Positions 9,310 to 20,719 of a DNA stretch of 64,000 nt are shown piece after piece (the first letter of the stretch is position 1; each line of letters begins with the position of its first letter). The DNA is from Chloroflexota bacterium (lineage in GTDB: Bacteria; Chloroflexota; Limnocylindria; P2-11E), in assembly GCA_005883625.1 (NCBI GenBank), contig VBDU01000092.1:3621-67620 (forward strand). The letters run 5' to 3'. The position numbers were made by a program, and so were the translations under genes. The notes beneath the pieces are model-generated. The model ran no database searches. It saw nothing but the letters and a program-made list of their open reading frames with translations, and had not been told where the DNA came from.

Positions 9310-10149
9310 ATGCCACGGTCCATCTGGCGCGGCGTGATGAGCTTTGGGATGGTCGCGATCCCGGTGCGGCTGTATCTCGCCACCGAGAGCACCAGCAAGG
9401 TCTCGTTCAACCTCCTCTGCCCGGAGCACAAGAGCCGCATCAAGAACAAGCGCTGGTGCGTGGAGGGCGACCACGAGGTCGCCTGGGGCGACGTCGTCCG
9501 TGGGTACGAGTACGAGAAGGGAAGCTATGTCGAGCTCGATGACGCGGACCTCGAGAAGCTGCCGCTCCGGTCGAGCAAGGCGATCGACATCTCCGGCTTC
9601 ATCAAGGAGGAGGAGCTCCCGGGCTCCCTCTACTACCAGTCGGCGTATTACCTCGAGCCGGAGAAGTCTGCCGAGAAGCCGTACGCGCTCCTCAAAAAGA
9701 CGCTCGACAAGACGGGCCGGATCGCCATCGCGAAGTTCGCGCTGCGCGACCGCGAGCGGCTCGTCTCGGTGCGCCCCCACGACGGGGCGCTGCTCATGAA
9801 CACTCTGCACTGGCCCGACGAGATCCGTTCGACCGGGGACCTCGACATCCCGGAGGACGTGAAGGTGTCTCCGGCGGAGCTGAAGATGGCCGAGAACCTC
9901 GTGAACATGATGGCCACCGAGTTCGAGCCGGACGAATACAAGGACGAGTACAAGGAGGCGGTCCTGAAGGTCGTCGAGGCGAAGGTGGAGAAGCGCGAGG
10001 TCATCGAGGCCCCCGAGCCCGAGGCGGAGACGACGGTCGTCGACCTCATGTCGGCGCTCAAGGCGTCGGTCGAGAAGGCGAAGAAGGGCGAGGCGAAGAC
10101 GAAGCGATCCGCGGCCTCGTCTCGGAGCGCGCGCCGCAAGGCTTCGTAG
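9310..10149 (+). CDS. ku: NHEJ Ku protein
   Basis: RSIWRGVMSFGMVAIPVRL, VRGYEY, YYLEP, VVDLMSALKASV and basic tail. Confidence 0.95.
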   Translation: MPRSIWRGVMSFGMVAIPVRLYLATESTSKVSFNLLCPEHKSRIKNKRWCVEGDHEVAWGDVVRGYEYEKGSYVELDDADLEKLPLRSSKAIDISGFIKEEELPGSLYYQSAYYLEPEKSAEKPYALLKKTLDKTGRIAIAKFALRDRERLVSVRPHDGALLMNTLHWPDEIRSTGDLDIPEDVKVSPAELKMAENLVNMMATEFEPDEYKDEYKEAVLKVVEAKVEKREVIEAPEPEAETTVVDLMSALKASVEKAKKGEAKTKRSAASSRSARRKAS

Positions 10150-10167
10150 CCTCCTATCCTCGTCGTC

Positions 10168-11241
10168 GTGCCGCGCGAGACCGACGTCGCAGACGAGGCG
10201 CAGCACCCGACGCTCATCGACGTCGCGGCCGCGAGGAGCGGGCTCCCGCGCGGGCTCGTGCCGATGCGGCCACGCCTCGCGCGCCGCGCCTTCAACTCTC
10301 CTGACTTCGTCTTCGAGGTGAAGTGGGACGGCATCCGCGCGCTGGCGGCGCGCGACGCCGCCGGGCTGCGCGTCACGGACCGCGCGGGCGGGGACCTCCT
10401 CCCCGTCGTGCCCGAGCTGCGCGAGATGAGCCTCCCGGAGGGCACGCTCCTCGACGGCGAGATCGTCGTGTGCGACTCGCGCGGCCGCCCGAGCTACGAC
10501 CTCCTCGCCGGCCGCGTCGGGCCAAAGGCCGCGAAGCGCGGCCGGGGTCCCGTGTTCGTCGCCTTCGATCTGCTCTACGACCGCGGCCGCGAGCTCCTGC
10601 GCCGGCCCCTCGCGGACCGGCGCGCCCGCCTTCTCGCGGCCGGGCTCGGCAGCCGCGTCATCGCGACGCCGGAGCACCTCGACAGCGATGGCGAGCCGTT
10701 CCTCGAGGTCGTCGCCGAGTACGGTCTCGAGGGCATCGTGGCGAAGCGGCGCGACGGCCGCTACGTGCCGGGCGGGCGGAGCGCGGAGTGGCTGAAGTGC
10801 CCGGTGACGCCACGCGCGGACGTCGTCCTGTCCGGTCTCGTGGTCGAGGACCGGCGGGGGGCGACGCGGGCGCTCTGCGGTCTGCGCGCGGACGACGGCA
10901 CGCTGGGGTACGCCGGCGACGCGTACGTGCCCCCGTATCTCGGCGCCTGGCTCGAGGAGGCCACCCGCGACTTCGCGAGCGACACCTCCCCGTTCGGCGG
11001 CCCCATCGGGATGCGCACCGGCCTGCGCTTTCTTCGGCCGCGCCTCGTCGCCATCGTCGAACACTCGGGTCTTGTCGACGGCGAGCTGCGCGACGCGCGC
11101 TTTCGCGCGCTGCGGCTGGACGGCCGAATCGAGGACTGCCGGATCGAGGAACCGGTCGACGTGCCTTCGTCACCGCCGTCCGGCGCGCGTGATCGGCCGC
11201 GGCTCGTCGTCCTGCACAGCCTGCCGTTTCAGATGGAGTAG
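10168..11241 (+). CDS. ATP-dependent DNA ligase (stand-alone, LigC/LigD-ligase-like)
   Basis: FEVKWDG, LLDGEIV, AFDLLY, EGIVAK, WLK motifs. Confidence 0.88.
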   Translation: MPRETDVADEAQHPTLIDVAAARSGLPRGLVPMRPRLARRAFNSPDFVFEVKWDGIRALAARDAAGLRVTDRAGGDLLPVVPELREMSLPEGTLLDGEIVVCDSRGRPSYDLLAGRVGPKAAKRGRGPVFVAFDLLYDRGRELLRRPLADRRARLLAAGLGSRVIATPEHLDSDGEPFLEVVAEYGLEGIVAKRRDGRYVPGGRSAEWLKCPVTPRADVVLSGLVVEDRRGATRALCGLRADDGTLGYAGDAYVPPYLGAWLEEATRDFASDTSPFGGPIGMRTGLRFLRPRLVAIVEHSGLVDGELRDARFRALRLDGRIEDCRIEEPVDVPSSPPSGARDRPRLVVLHSLPFQME

Positions 11242-11264
11242 AGCCGCGGACCACGGTCGGCTAA

Positions 11265-13603
<2,339 letters not shown>

Positions 13604-13621
13604 CGACTTCGTCCGCGCCGG

Positions 13622-14734
13622 CTAGAGACGGCGCGGGGGCTCGACGAGGAGCATGTCGCGCAGGTCCGCGCCGGCGACGCCGCATAGGTCGAGGACGCAG
13701 AGCATCAGCGCCGCCCCGTCCGACTCGGCGCGGCCGGTCTTGATGACCTGATCCGTCGCGTAGATCGCCTCGTACGCGCGCAGGATGTCGACCCGCGTGA
13801 TACGGCGCGCGAAGGCCGTCGCGCGGGCGATCGCGCCGGGCGTGGAGCGGATCGCCTTGGCCATCCGCTCGGCGTCGGCGTTCGTCTTCATCGCCGAGGC
13901 GAACAGGAGGACGCGGAACTGCCAGAGCAGCAGGGCGAGGATCTGCTGCACCGCGTTACCGTCCGCGAGGAGCCGCTCGCACGTCGCGATCGCCGTGCGC
14001 GCGTCGCGCCGGACGACGGCCTGTGTGAGCTCGAAGACATCCGCCTCGATCGCGCCGCTGACGAGCGCCTGGACGTCGGCGCCGGAGACGGCCCTCCCGG
14101 CTGCGAACGCGCCGAGCTTGCGTACCTCCTGCTCGATGCGCTCCGTGTCCGGCCCGATCGCGGATGCGAGCATCGCGACGGCGTCCGGACCCATCGCGAT
14201 GCCGTGAAGCCGGGCGCGCGCCTCGATCCATGGGCCGACCTCCACCGGAAAGAGCCGCTCGATCCGTTCGACCGCGCCGCCCGCCGTGTCGACGGCGTCG
14301 ACGAGGCTCGTCGGCTGCGCGGGCGCCGGTCTGGCCCGCGCACCGCGCCGGCCGCGACCGGCGGCGAGCCGCTCGACCGAAACGAGGACGAGCGCGGCCT
14401 CGCGAGGGAAGCCGAGGACGACGTCCATCTCGCGGAGCGCTTCCGCGTGCTCGACGATGACGACTCGACGCTCGTCGACCGCGTCGAAGAGCCCCTGGCT
14501 CTGCCCCGCGAGCGCGATCGCCGACGCCGGATCGCTACGCGCGTCCAGGCGGGCCACGCCGAGCAGCGCGCCGAGCCGCGGCTCGGGGAGCGTACCGAGA
14601 CCGCCCGAGGCGGTGCTCTCTCCGCCGAGCAGCGCGCCAACGAGCTCACCGAGACGCAGGCGCGTGCGGAACGGATCCTCCCCGTGGAGGAGGAAGACCG
14701 TTCGCGTGGGTGCGGACGGCGAGGCCTGTGCCAC
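13622..14734 (-). CDS. holA: DNA polymerase III delta subunit
   Basis: FLLHGED N-terminus, EQEVRKL, VFELTQAV, D..IKTG C-terminus; follows comEC. Confidence 0.88.
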   Translation of the reverse strand: MAQASPSAPTRTVFLLHGEDPFRTRLRLGELVGALLGGESTASGGLGTLPEPRLGALLGVARLDARSDPASAIALAGQSQGLFDAVDERRVVIVEHAEALREMDVVLGFPREAALVLVSVERLAAGRGRRGARARPAPAQPTSLVDAVDTAGGAVERIERLFPVEVGPWIEARARLHGIAMGPDAVAMLASAIGPDTERIEQEVRKLGAFAAGRAVSGADVQALVSGAIEADVFELTQAVVRRDARTAIATCERLLADGNAVQQILALLLWQFRVLLFASAMKTNADAERMAKAIRSTPGAIARATAFARRITRVDILRAYEAIYATDQVIKTGRAESDGAALMLCVLDLCGVAGADLRDMLLVEPPRRL

Positions 14735-16772
14735 CCTGATCGATCTCCACGGTGCCGTCGCGGTCGGTCCGATACGTCCTGATACCGGAGAGCGCCGCGA
14801 GCGTCTCGGGCGTGGGATGACCATACCGGTTCCCCGCGCCGACCGAGATCAGCGCGGCTGCCGGCCGGACCGCGGCGACGAGCGCGCTGGCGTGCGGCGT
14901 CGCGGCACCGTGATGCGGTGGCACGTACACGCGCGCGGCGAGGGGCGCCGGATGCAATAGCAGATCCGCCTGCGCCTGGTCCGTGGCGTCGCCCATGAAG
15001 AGCGCCGAGAAGCCAGCCCGCTCGAGCCGCAGCACGAGCGAGGGGACGTCGACGCGGGGGTCTTCCTCCGGCGCGAGGACCGAGATGCTCGCGTCGCCGA
15101 GACGCAGGCGCGCTCCCGCGGCGAGCGCGCGACGTGCGATCCCCCCGCGTGCGATCCGGTCGTTCCAGGCGTCGGCGACGGGACCGGCGTTCAGGCCCAC
15201 GGGCTCGATCGCCAGCCCGACCTCATACCGCTCGAGTACCGCCAGCAGCCCCGCGGCGTGGTCGATGTGGGCATGCGTGAGCGCGACGAGGTCGATCCGC
15301 CGCGTCCACGGCGGCAGCGTCGCGCCGAGCTCGGCGAGCAGCCGATTCGGATCGGGCCCGCCATCCACGAGCGCCGTCGCGCCTGCGACCCGCACGAGGA
15401 ACGCGTCGCCTTGACCGACGTCGAGCGCGACCACTCGCAGAGGCGGCGGCGGCTCCGCGGTGACCGCGACGCACCCCGCGACCGCGATCGCCGCCAGGGC
15501 GCCGGCGACGATCCGCACGGCCGGCGTGCGCACGCCCGGCGAGACGCCCGGCGCGTACGACCGCGCACGCCGGAGAGCAGCGATCGCGAGCACGAGCGGC
15601 CGGCGCGCGATCGTGCCGGCCCGCACGAGAGCCGCGGGCAGGTAGCGCACCGCGAGCGCGACCACGACGGCGAAGGCGGCGCCCGCGATCGGTCCGTCCG
15701 GCACGGCCAGCGACGCGAGCGGCGTCGCGGCGCTGTGCTCGACCACCGCGCGGAACGCGAAGGCGAGGCCGTACGCAATGAGGGCGAGCGGGCGCGCGAG
15801 GTCGAGCGACACCGCGCCGGCGGCCGCGGTCGCCGCGCCGGCGACCATGAGCGGCGGGAACAGCGGCACGGCGATCAGGTTCGCGAGCGGCGAGATGAGC
15901 GAGACGCGCCCGAAGACGGCGGCGACGAGCGGGAGCGTCGGCAGCGTCGCGGCGAGCGTGGTAGCGAGGCCGTCGCGTATGAAGGGCGGCAGCGCTCCCA
16001 GACGGCGCGCGATGGGATCGTTCAGGAACAACAGGCCGGCGGTGGCGAGAGCGGAGAGCTCGAACCCGACGTCGGCGATCGCGCCGGGATCGATCAGCAG
16101 CATCGCCGCCACCGCCAGCGCCAGCGCGTTCGCGGTCGCGGCGCGCCGGCCGTACGCGAGCGCGAGCGAGGCGACGCCCGCCATGAGCGCCGCACGCAGC
16201 ACGCTCGGCCCGAGACCGACGAGGACGCTGTACGCAGCGACCGAGCTGACGGTCACGACCGCCGTGAGCGGGGGCCGCAGCCGTCCGCGCGCAAGGAGCG
16301 CGACGGCGGTCGCGACGAGCGTCATGTTGAACCCAGAGATCGCCAGTAGGTGCGTGGTCCCGCTGCGCGCGAACGCCGCCGCGAGGTCCGCGTCGACGCT
16401 CGCGCGCTCTCCGAGGACGATGCCGCGGAGGATCCCGCCCTCGGGCTCGGGGACGAGGCGGCGCAGGGGTTCGCCGAGCGCGTCGCGGACCGCGTCGAGC
16501 GGCCCCGCGTGCACCAGGTCGACCGGCATCAGGTCGAGCGGCACCAGCGCCCGGACGGCGGCGGCTCCCGCGACACACGCGGCTCCGGCCCACATGAGTC
16601 TCCTGCGGCGCTCGGCGCTCGCGAGGGCTAGCGCGGTCGCGAGCGCGACGCAGAGGATGCCGGACGCGAGCGCGGGCAGCGTGCCAGCGCGGGCCGCGAT
16701 GGCGATGCCGACGGCACACGCCGCGGCCGGCACGAGCGGCGCGGCGAGCAGGTGGCGACCATAGGCGCTCAT
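14646..16772 (-). CDS. comEC: ComEC/Rec2 competence protein with metallo-beta-lactamase domain
   Basis: GTTHLLAISGFN, SVLRA, GFELS, LDVGQGD, THAHIDH, PHHG, NRYGHP. Confidence 0.93.
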   Translation of the reverse strand: MSAYGRHLLAAPLVPAAACAVGIAIAARAGTLPALASGILCVALATALALASAERRRRLMWAGAACVAGAAAVRALVPLDLMPVDLVHAGPLDAVRDALGEPLRRLVPEPEGGILRGIVLGERASVDADLAAAFARSGTTHLLAISGFNMTLVATAVALLARGRLRPPLTAVVTVSSVAAYSVLVGLGPSVLRAALMAGVASLALAYGRRAATANALALAVAAMLLIDPGAIADVGFELSALATAGLLFLNDPIARRLGALPPFIRDGLATTLAATLPTLPLVAAVFGRVSLISPLANLIAVPLFPPLMVAGAATAAAGAVSLDLARPLALIAYGLAFAFRAVVEHSAATPLASLAVPDGPIAGAAFAVVVALAVRYLPAALVRAGTIARRPLVLAIAALRRARSYAPGVSPGVRTPAVRIVAGALAAIAVAGCVAVTAEPPPPLRVVALDVGQGDAFLVRVAGATALVDGGPDPNRLLAELGATLPPWTRRIDLVALTHAHIDHAAGLLAVLERYEVGLAIEPVGLNAGPVADAWNDRIARGGIARRALAAGARLRLGDASISVLAPEEDPRVDVPSLVLRLERAGFSALFMGDATDQAQADLLLHPAPLAARVYVPPHHGAATPHASALVAAVRPAAALISVGAGNRYGHPTPETLAALSGIRTYRTDRDGTVEIDQGGTGLAVRTHANGLPPPRGGSVPHAPASR

Positions 16773-17320
16773 CGCGTCGTCAGAAGGTCGCGGATGTCGG
16801 CGAACACGCGAGGCGGCACGAGCCCGCGTGTCTGGACCTCCTCGACCCTCGCGAAAGGCCGCGCGTCGCGGGAGCGGACGATCCGCGCTGCGGTGCTCGG
16901 GCCGATTCCCGGGAGGCCCTCGAGCTCGGCCGCGCTCGCATGGTTCAGGTCGACCTTCTTCTCGGCATCGCTGCCGAGGCTCCCAGCGGGGATCATCTCG
17001 CCGGGGCGAGGAACGTAGATGCGCATCCCGTCCCGCAGCGGGGCGGCCTTGTTCAGCGCGAACAGGTCCGCGTCGCCGGTCATCCCGCCCCCCGCAAGGA
17101 GGGCGTCGAGCACGCGCGACCCGGCCGGCAGGCGCACGACCCCCGGATGCGCGATCGCGCCCACCACGTCGACCACGACCATCGGCTCGGGCGTTCGGGT
17201 GGGAGCCGGCGTCGCCTCGGCGATCTCCACGGCGGGCGGCGCGGCACGGGCGCGCGAGAACGCGACACCGGCGACCGCGACCGCGAGACAGAGGACGGCG
17301 AGAAGCGCGAGGCGACGCAC
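16769..17320 (-). CDS. comEA: ComEA DNA uptake protein
   Basis: N-terminal TM, SLBB (VDVVGAIAHPGV), HhH (VDLN..LPGIGP). Confidence 0.92.
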   Translation of the reverse strand: MRRLALLAVLCLAVAVAGVAFSRARAAPPAVEIAEATPAPTRTPEPMVVVDVVGAIAHPGVVRLPAGSRVLDALLAGGGMTGDADLFALNKAAPLRDGMRIYVPRPGEMIPAGSLGSDAEKKVDLNHASAAELEGLPGIGPSTAARIVRSRDARPFARVEEVQTRGLVPPRVFADIRDLLTTR

Positions 17321-17362
17321 GACCGAGACGGTGAGCCGGCCGCGGCGTCGTGCCTAGTGCTC

Positions 17363-17397
17363 GGCTGTCCTCATTTTTGACGACAGCCTGTCGTCAA
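17363..17397. promoter_or_regulatory. Overlapping inverted repeats upstream of comEA
   Basis: GGCTGTCCTCA / TGACGACAGCC and TTGACGACAG-C-CTGTCGTCAA. Confidence 0.45.
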
Positions 17398-17801
17398 TTC
17401 GTGCGGCGACCCTGCGCGGGCTGCTGCATCTGGACGATGACGACCGGCAGGCCGCCGACCGCGCTGCCGTCGACGTCGAGCTCGAACCGGTGCACGCCGT
17501 AGGTCGTGAAGCTCATGTTGTTGAGCTCGACGATGACGTTCACGTCCTGTCCGGCAACGGCGTGCACCGAGATCTCCGGCGGGTTCGGCATCGCCTGGGC
17601 GCCGTCGGGCTTGAGCAGGCGGACGCGGACGGTGTGCGCGCCGACCTCGAGCCCGAGGATCGCCACCACGAACATTCGCGGGTGCTGGGCGGGCAGTCCG
17701 GTGACCGAGATGTTCCGGAAGATCCCCATGAGCGAGACCTTGCCGTCCTGACCGACCAGGGCGTGGTCGCAGAGCGCCGCGAGCCGGATCTCGGCGCTCA
17801 C
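17394..17801 (-). CDS. Conserved hypothetical protein (DUF6941-like)
   Basis: LCDHA..DGKVSLMGIF pattern; coupled to the leuS stop. Confidence 0.75.
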   Translation of the reverse strand: MSAEIRLAALCDHALVGQDGKVSLMGIFRNISVTGLPAQHPRMFVVAILGLEVGAHTVRVRLLKPDGAQAMPNPPEISVHAVAGQDVNVIVELNNMSFTTYGVHRFELDVDGSAVGGLPVVIVQMQQPAQGRRTN

Positions 17802-20236
17802 GAGCGGCGTCGCGTGACGATGTTCACCAGACGATCGGGTACGACGACCACGCGGTCGACGTCACGTCCGTCCAGCGCCGCCTTCGCGCGCGGGCTCGCC
17901 AGCGCCGCGTCGCTGGCGGCAGGCTTCGATAGCCCGGCTGGGACGGTCAACCGGTCGCGCACCTTGCCGTCCACCTGGACGACCAGCGTGACCTCCTCGG
18001 GCGCCGCCAGCGCGGGATCGAACGTCGGCCACGCCTGCGCGTGGATCGAGCCCGCCTGGCCCCAGCGGTGCCACAGCTCCTCGGACAGGTACGGCGCGAA
18101 CGGCGCCAGCAGGAGCGTGAGCGCGCGCACGCCCTCACGCCGGCTCGGGCCGCTCGCGTGCTGGAGCGCGTTCGACAGCTCCATCATCGCGGCGATCGCC
18201 GTGTTGAAGCGGTACGCGGCGAGGTCCTCCGTCACCTTCTCGACGGTGTGATGCACCGCGTGATCGATCGCGCGGTCCCGCGGTCCGTCGCCCGGTTCGC
18301 TCAGGCCGAGCGTCCAGACGCGGTTCAGGAAGCGGTGGACGCCTTCGATGCCCGAGGCGTCCCAGTCCGCGCCCTCGGTCCATGGCCCGAGGAACATCAT
18401 GAACAGGCGCAGCGTGTCGGCGCCGTACTTCGCGACGTACTCGTCCGGCGTCTGCACGTTGCCGCGCGACTTCGACATCTTGCGGCCGCCGAAGATGATC
18501 GTTCCCTGGTTCTGCAGGCGCAGCGCCGGCTCGTCGAACCACAGCTCCCCCAGGTCGCGCAGCGCCTTGCAGACGAAGCGCATGTACAGCAAGTGCAGGA
18601 TCGCGTGCTCGATACCGCCGGTGTACTGCGCGACCGGCAGCCAGCGCCGACCGACCGCCTTGTTCATGAACGCGGTGTCGATCTTCGGGTCCAGGTAGCG
18701 GTACATGTACCAGGACGAGTCGACGAACGTGTCCATCGTGTCGGTGTCGCGCTTCGCCGGCTTCCCACAGCGCGGGCAGGTCGTGTTCACGAACGACGCC
18801 ACGTGGGCCAGCGGCGAGCCGCCGCGCCCGGTGAACTCGACGTCCCGCGGCAGGACGATCGGCAGCTGGTCGTACGGGACCGGCACCTGGCCGCACGCAT
18901 CGCAGTACACGATCGGGATCGGCGTGCCCCAGTAGCGCTGGCGGGAGATCAGCCAGTCGCGCAGCCGGTAGGTCACCGCGGGCGCGCCGACGCCGCGCCG
19001 CCTCGCCTCCTCCGCGACCGCCCCCTTGCCCTCCTCGCTCCGCGTCCCGGCGAAGGGGCCGCTGCGGACCATCACGCCCTCGCCCACGTAGGCGGCGTCC
19101 AGCGCGGCATGCTCCTTCCCGTCGGGTGAGATGACCTCGCGGATCTCGAGGCCGTACTTCTGCGCGAACGCGAAGTCGCGCTCGTCGTGCGCCGGGACGG
19201 CCATGATCGCGCCCGTGCCGTAGGTCGCGAGCACGTAGTCGGCCACCCAGACCGGCACGCGCTCGCCCGTGAAGACGTTCCGTGCGAACGCGCCCGTGTC
19301 GACGCCGGTCTTCTCGCGCTCCGCGGCAGTGCGCTCGATCTCGGTCATGTTCCGCGCGCGCTCGACGTAGCGCTCGACGTCCGCCCTGCGCGCGGGCGCG
19401 GTGATCTTTGCCACGAGCGGATGCTCCGGCGCGAGGACCACGAAGGTCGCGCCGTAGATCGTGTCCGGCCGCGTCGTGAAGAAGCGGATCTCCTCCCCTG
19501 GCCGCCCCTCAATCGGGAACGCGAGCTCGGCGCCTTCGGAGCGGCCGATCCAGTTCGTCTGCATCACGCGCACGCGCTCGGGCCAGTCGAGCCCGTCGAA
19601 GCGCAGCAGCTCGTCCGCGTAGGCCGTGATCTTGAAGAACCACTGCGTCATCAGGCGCTTCACGACGGGCGTATCGCAGCGCTCGCAGCGGCCGGCGATG
19701 ACCTGTTCGTTCGCCAGCACGGTCTCGTCGCGAGGGCACCAGTTCACCGGCGCCTCGCCACGGTAGGCGAGGCCCTTCTCGTAGAGGCGCAGGAACATCC
19801 ACTGGTTCCACCGGTAGTACTCGGGGTAGCAGGTCACGACCTCCCGGCGCCAGTCGATCGCCGCGCCCATGCGGTGGAACTGGTCGCGCATGTGCGCCAT
19901 GTTCTTCTCGGTCCACGCCGCGGGATGGATCTTCCGATCGATCGCCGCGTTCTCCGCGTTGATGCCGAAGGCGTCGAAGCCCATCGGGAACAGCACGTTG
20001 TGCCCGCGCATGCGCAGGTAGCGGGCGGCGCAGTCGGCGGGCGCGAAGGCGTACCAGTGGCCGACGTGGATGTCGCCCGAGGGGTACGGGAACATCGTCA
20101 GGAAGTAGAAGTTGGGCTTGTCGGAGACGTCTGGCGTCTCGTGCGCGCGCGTGCGCGCCCACTCGTCGCGCCACATCGCCTCGATCGCCGACGGCGCGTA
20201 CCGCTCGATCTTCCTCTTCTTCACCTCGCTCGCCAC
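17798..20236 (-). CDS. leuS: Leucine--tRNA ligase
   Basis: MFPYPSGDIHVGH, NWIGRSEG, FTTRPDT, LRDWLISRQRYWG, KMSKS; SD AGAAAGGAGGT. Confidence 0.98.
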   Translation of the reverse strand: MASEVKKRKIERYAPSAIEAMWRDEWARTRAHETPDVSDKPNFYFLTMFPYPSGDIHVGHWYAFAPADCAARYLRMRGHNVLFPMGFDAFGINAENAAIDRKIHPAAWTEKNMAHMRDQFHRMGAAIDWRREVVTCYPEYYRWNQWMFLRLYEKGLAYRGEAPVNWCPRDETVLANEQVIAGRCERCDTPVVKRLMTQWFFKITAYADELLRFDGLDWPERVRVMQTNWIGRSEGAELAFPIEGRPGEEIRFFTTRPDTIYGATFVVLAPEHPLVAKITAPARRADVERYVERARNMTEIERTAAEREKTGVDTGAFARNVFTGERVPVWVADYVLATYGTGAIMAVPAHDERDFAFAQKYGLEIREVISPDGKEHAALDAAYVGEGVMVRSGPFAGTRSEEGKGAVAEEARRRGVGAPAVTYRLRDWLISRQRYWGTPIPIVYCDACGQVPVPYDQLPIVLPRDVEFTGRGGSPLAHVASFVNTTCPRCGKPAKRDTDTMDTFVDSSWYMYRYLDPKIDTAFMNKAVGRRWLPVAQYTGGIEHAILHLLYMRFVCKALRDLGELWFDEPALRLQNQGTIIFGGRKMSKSRGNVQTPDEYVAKYGADTLRLFMMFLGPWTEGADWDASGIEGVHRFLNRVWTLGLSEPGDGPRDRAIDHAVHHTVEKVTEDLAAYRFNTAIAAMMELSNALQHASGPSRREGVRALTLLLAPFAPYLSEELWHRWGQAGSIHAQAWPTFDPALAAPEEVTLVVQVDGKVRDRLTVPAGLSKPAASDAALASPRAKAALDGRDVDRVVVVPDRLVNIVTRRRS

Positions 20237-20254
20237 TCGCTACCTCCTTTCTTA

Positions 20255-20340
20255 TCGCAGGGGCGGGCCCCCGCACCCCCTTCTTATCGCAGGCACGCTT
20301 CGCTCGCAGGGGCCCCTGCCCCTGGGCCCCCGCACCCCCT
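20255..20340 (+). repeat. Two copies of the dispersed GC-rich intergenic repeat
   Basis: TCGCAGGGGCGGGCCCCCGCACCCCCT at 20255-20281; core GGGCCCCCGCACCCCCT at 20324-20340. Confidence 0.85.
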
Positions 20341-20347
20341 GGGTGCG

Positions 20348-20403
20348 AAAACAAAAAGCCCTTCTCGCCTACGCGCGCCGTCACGCGCGGGGACGAAAGG
20401 GCT
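20348..20403 (-). terminator. T-box intrinsic terminator
   Basis: AGCCCTTTCG...CGAGAAGGGCT stem followed by TTTTGTTTT, overlapping the antiterminator 3' strand. Confidence 0.9.
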
Positions 20404-20455
20404 CACGCCGTTCCGCGGTACCACCCCGATTGAGAGCCCGCCGGCCTGATCGCTG

Positions 20456-20527
20456 TGGACCTGGCGGGATTCGAACCCGCGACCCCCACACTGCCAGTGT
20501 GATGCGCTCCCACTGCGCCACAGGCCC
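20456..20527 (-). tRNA. tRNA-Ala(GGC), CCA not encoded, nested in the T-box leader
   Basis: GGGCCTG/CAGGTCC-A acceptor with G3:U70, GCGC D stem, CT-GGC-AG anticodon loop, GCGGG-TTCGAAT-CCCGC T arm. Confidence 0.96.
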
Positions 20528-20707
20528 GCTCGCTCTCCACTCGAGCACGCCGTTAACGAGGCGTCACGTCGGCGAGGGCTACCGTCCGGGTCACCCTCGC
20601 GGCTCCCGGGCGAGTTCGGCGCTCCCGCGACACCGGCTCGCACCAGCCACCGGCTCTCTTCGTCGAGGGATACGCGTACTGCTCCCGATCGTCGCCGTTG
20701 GATGAAA

Positions 20708-20713
20708 AGTATA
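20708..20713 (-). promoter_or_regulatory. -10 element TATACT for the T-box/tRNA/leuS transcript
   Basis: TATACT just upstream of Stem I; no clear -35. Confidence 0.6.
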
Positions 20714-20719
20714 CGAGCG

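Larger units (their letters stand above)
20348..20697 (-). promoter_or_regulatory. Leucine T-box riboswitch (specifier CUC)
   Basis: AGUA 20680-20677, AGAGAG 20659-20654, distal loop GCUGGUG, GAA-CUC-G specifier 20614-20612, Stem II 20598-20574, AAUCGGGGUGGUACCGCGG T-box 20431-20413, terminator. Confidence 0.92.

Noticed and set aside
20255-20340. CRISPR array from the repeated GC-rich unit
   Set aside because: No regular repeat-spacer period, copies are dispersed, and no cas genes are present
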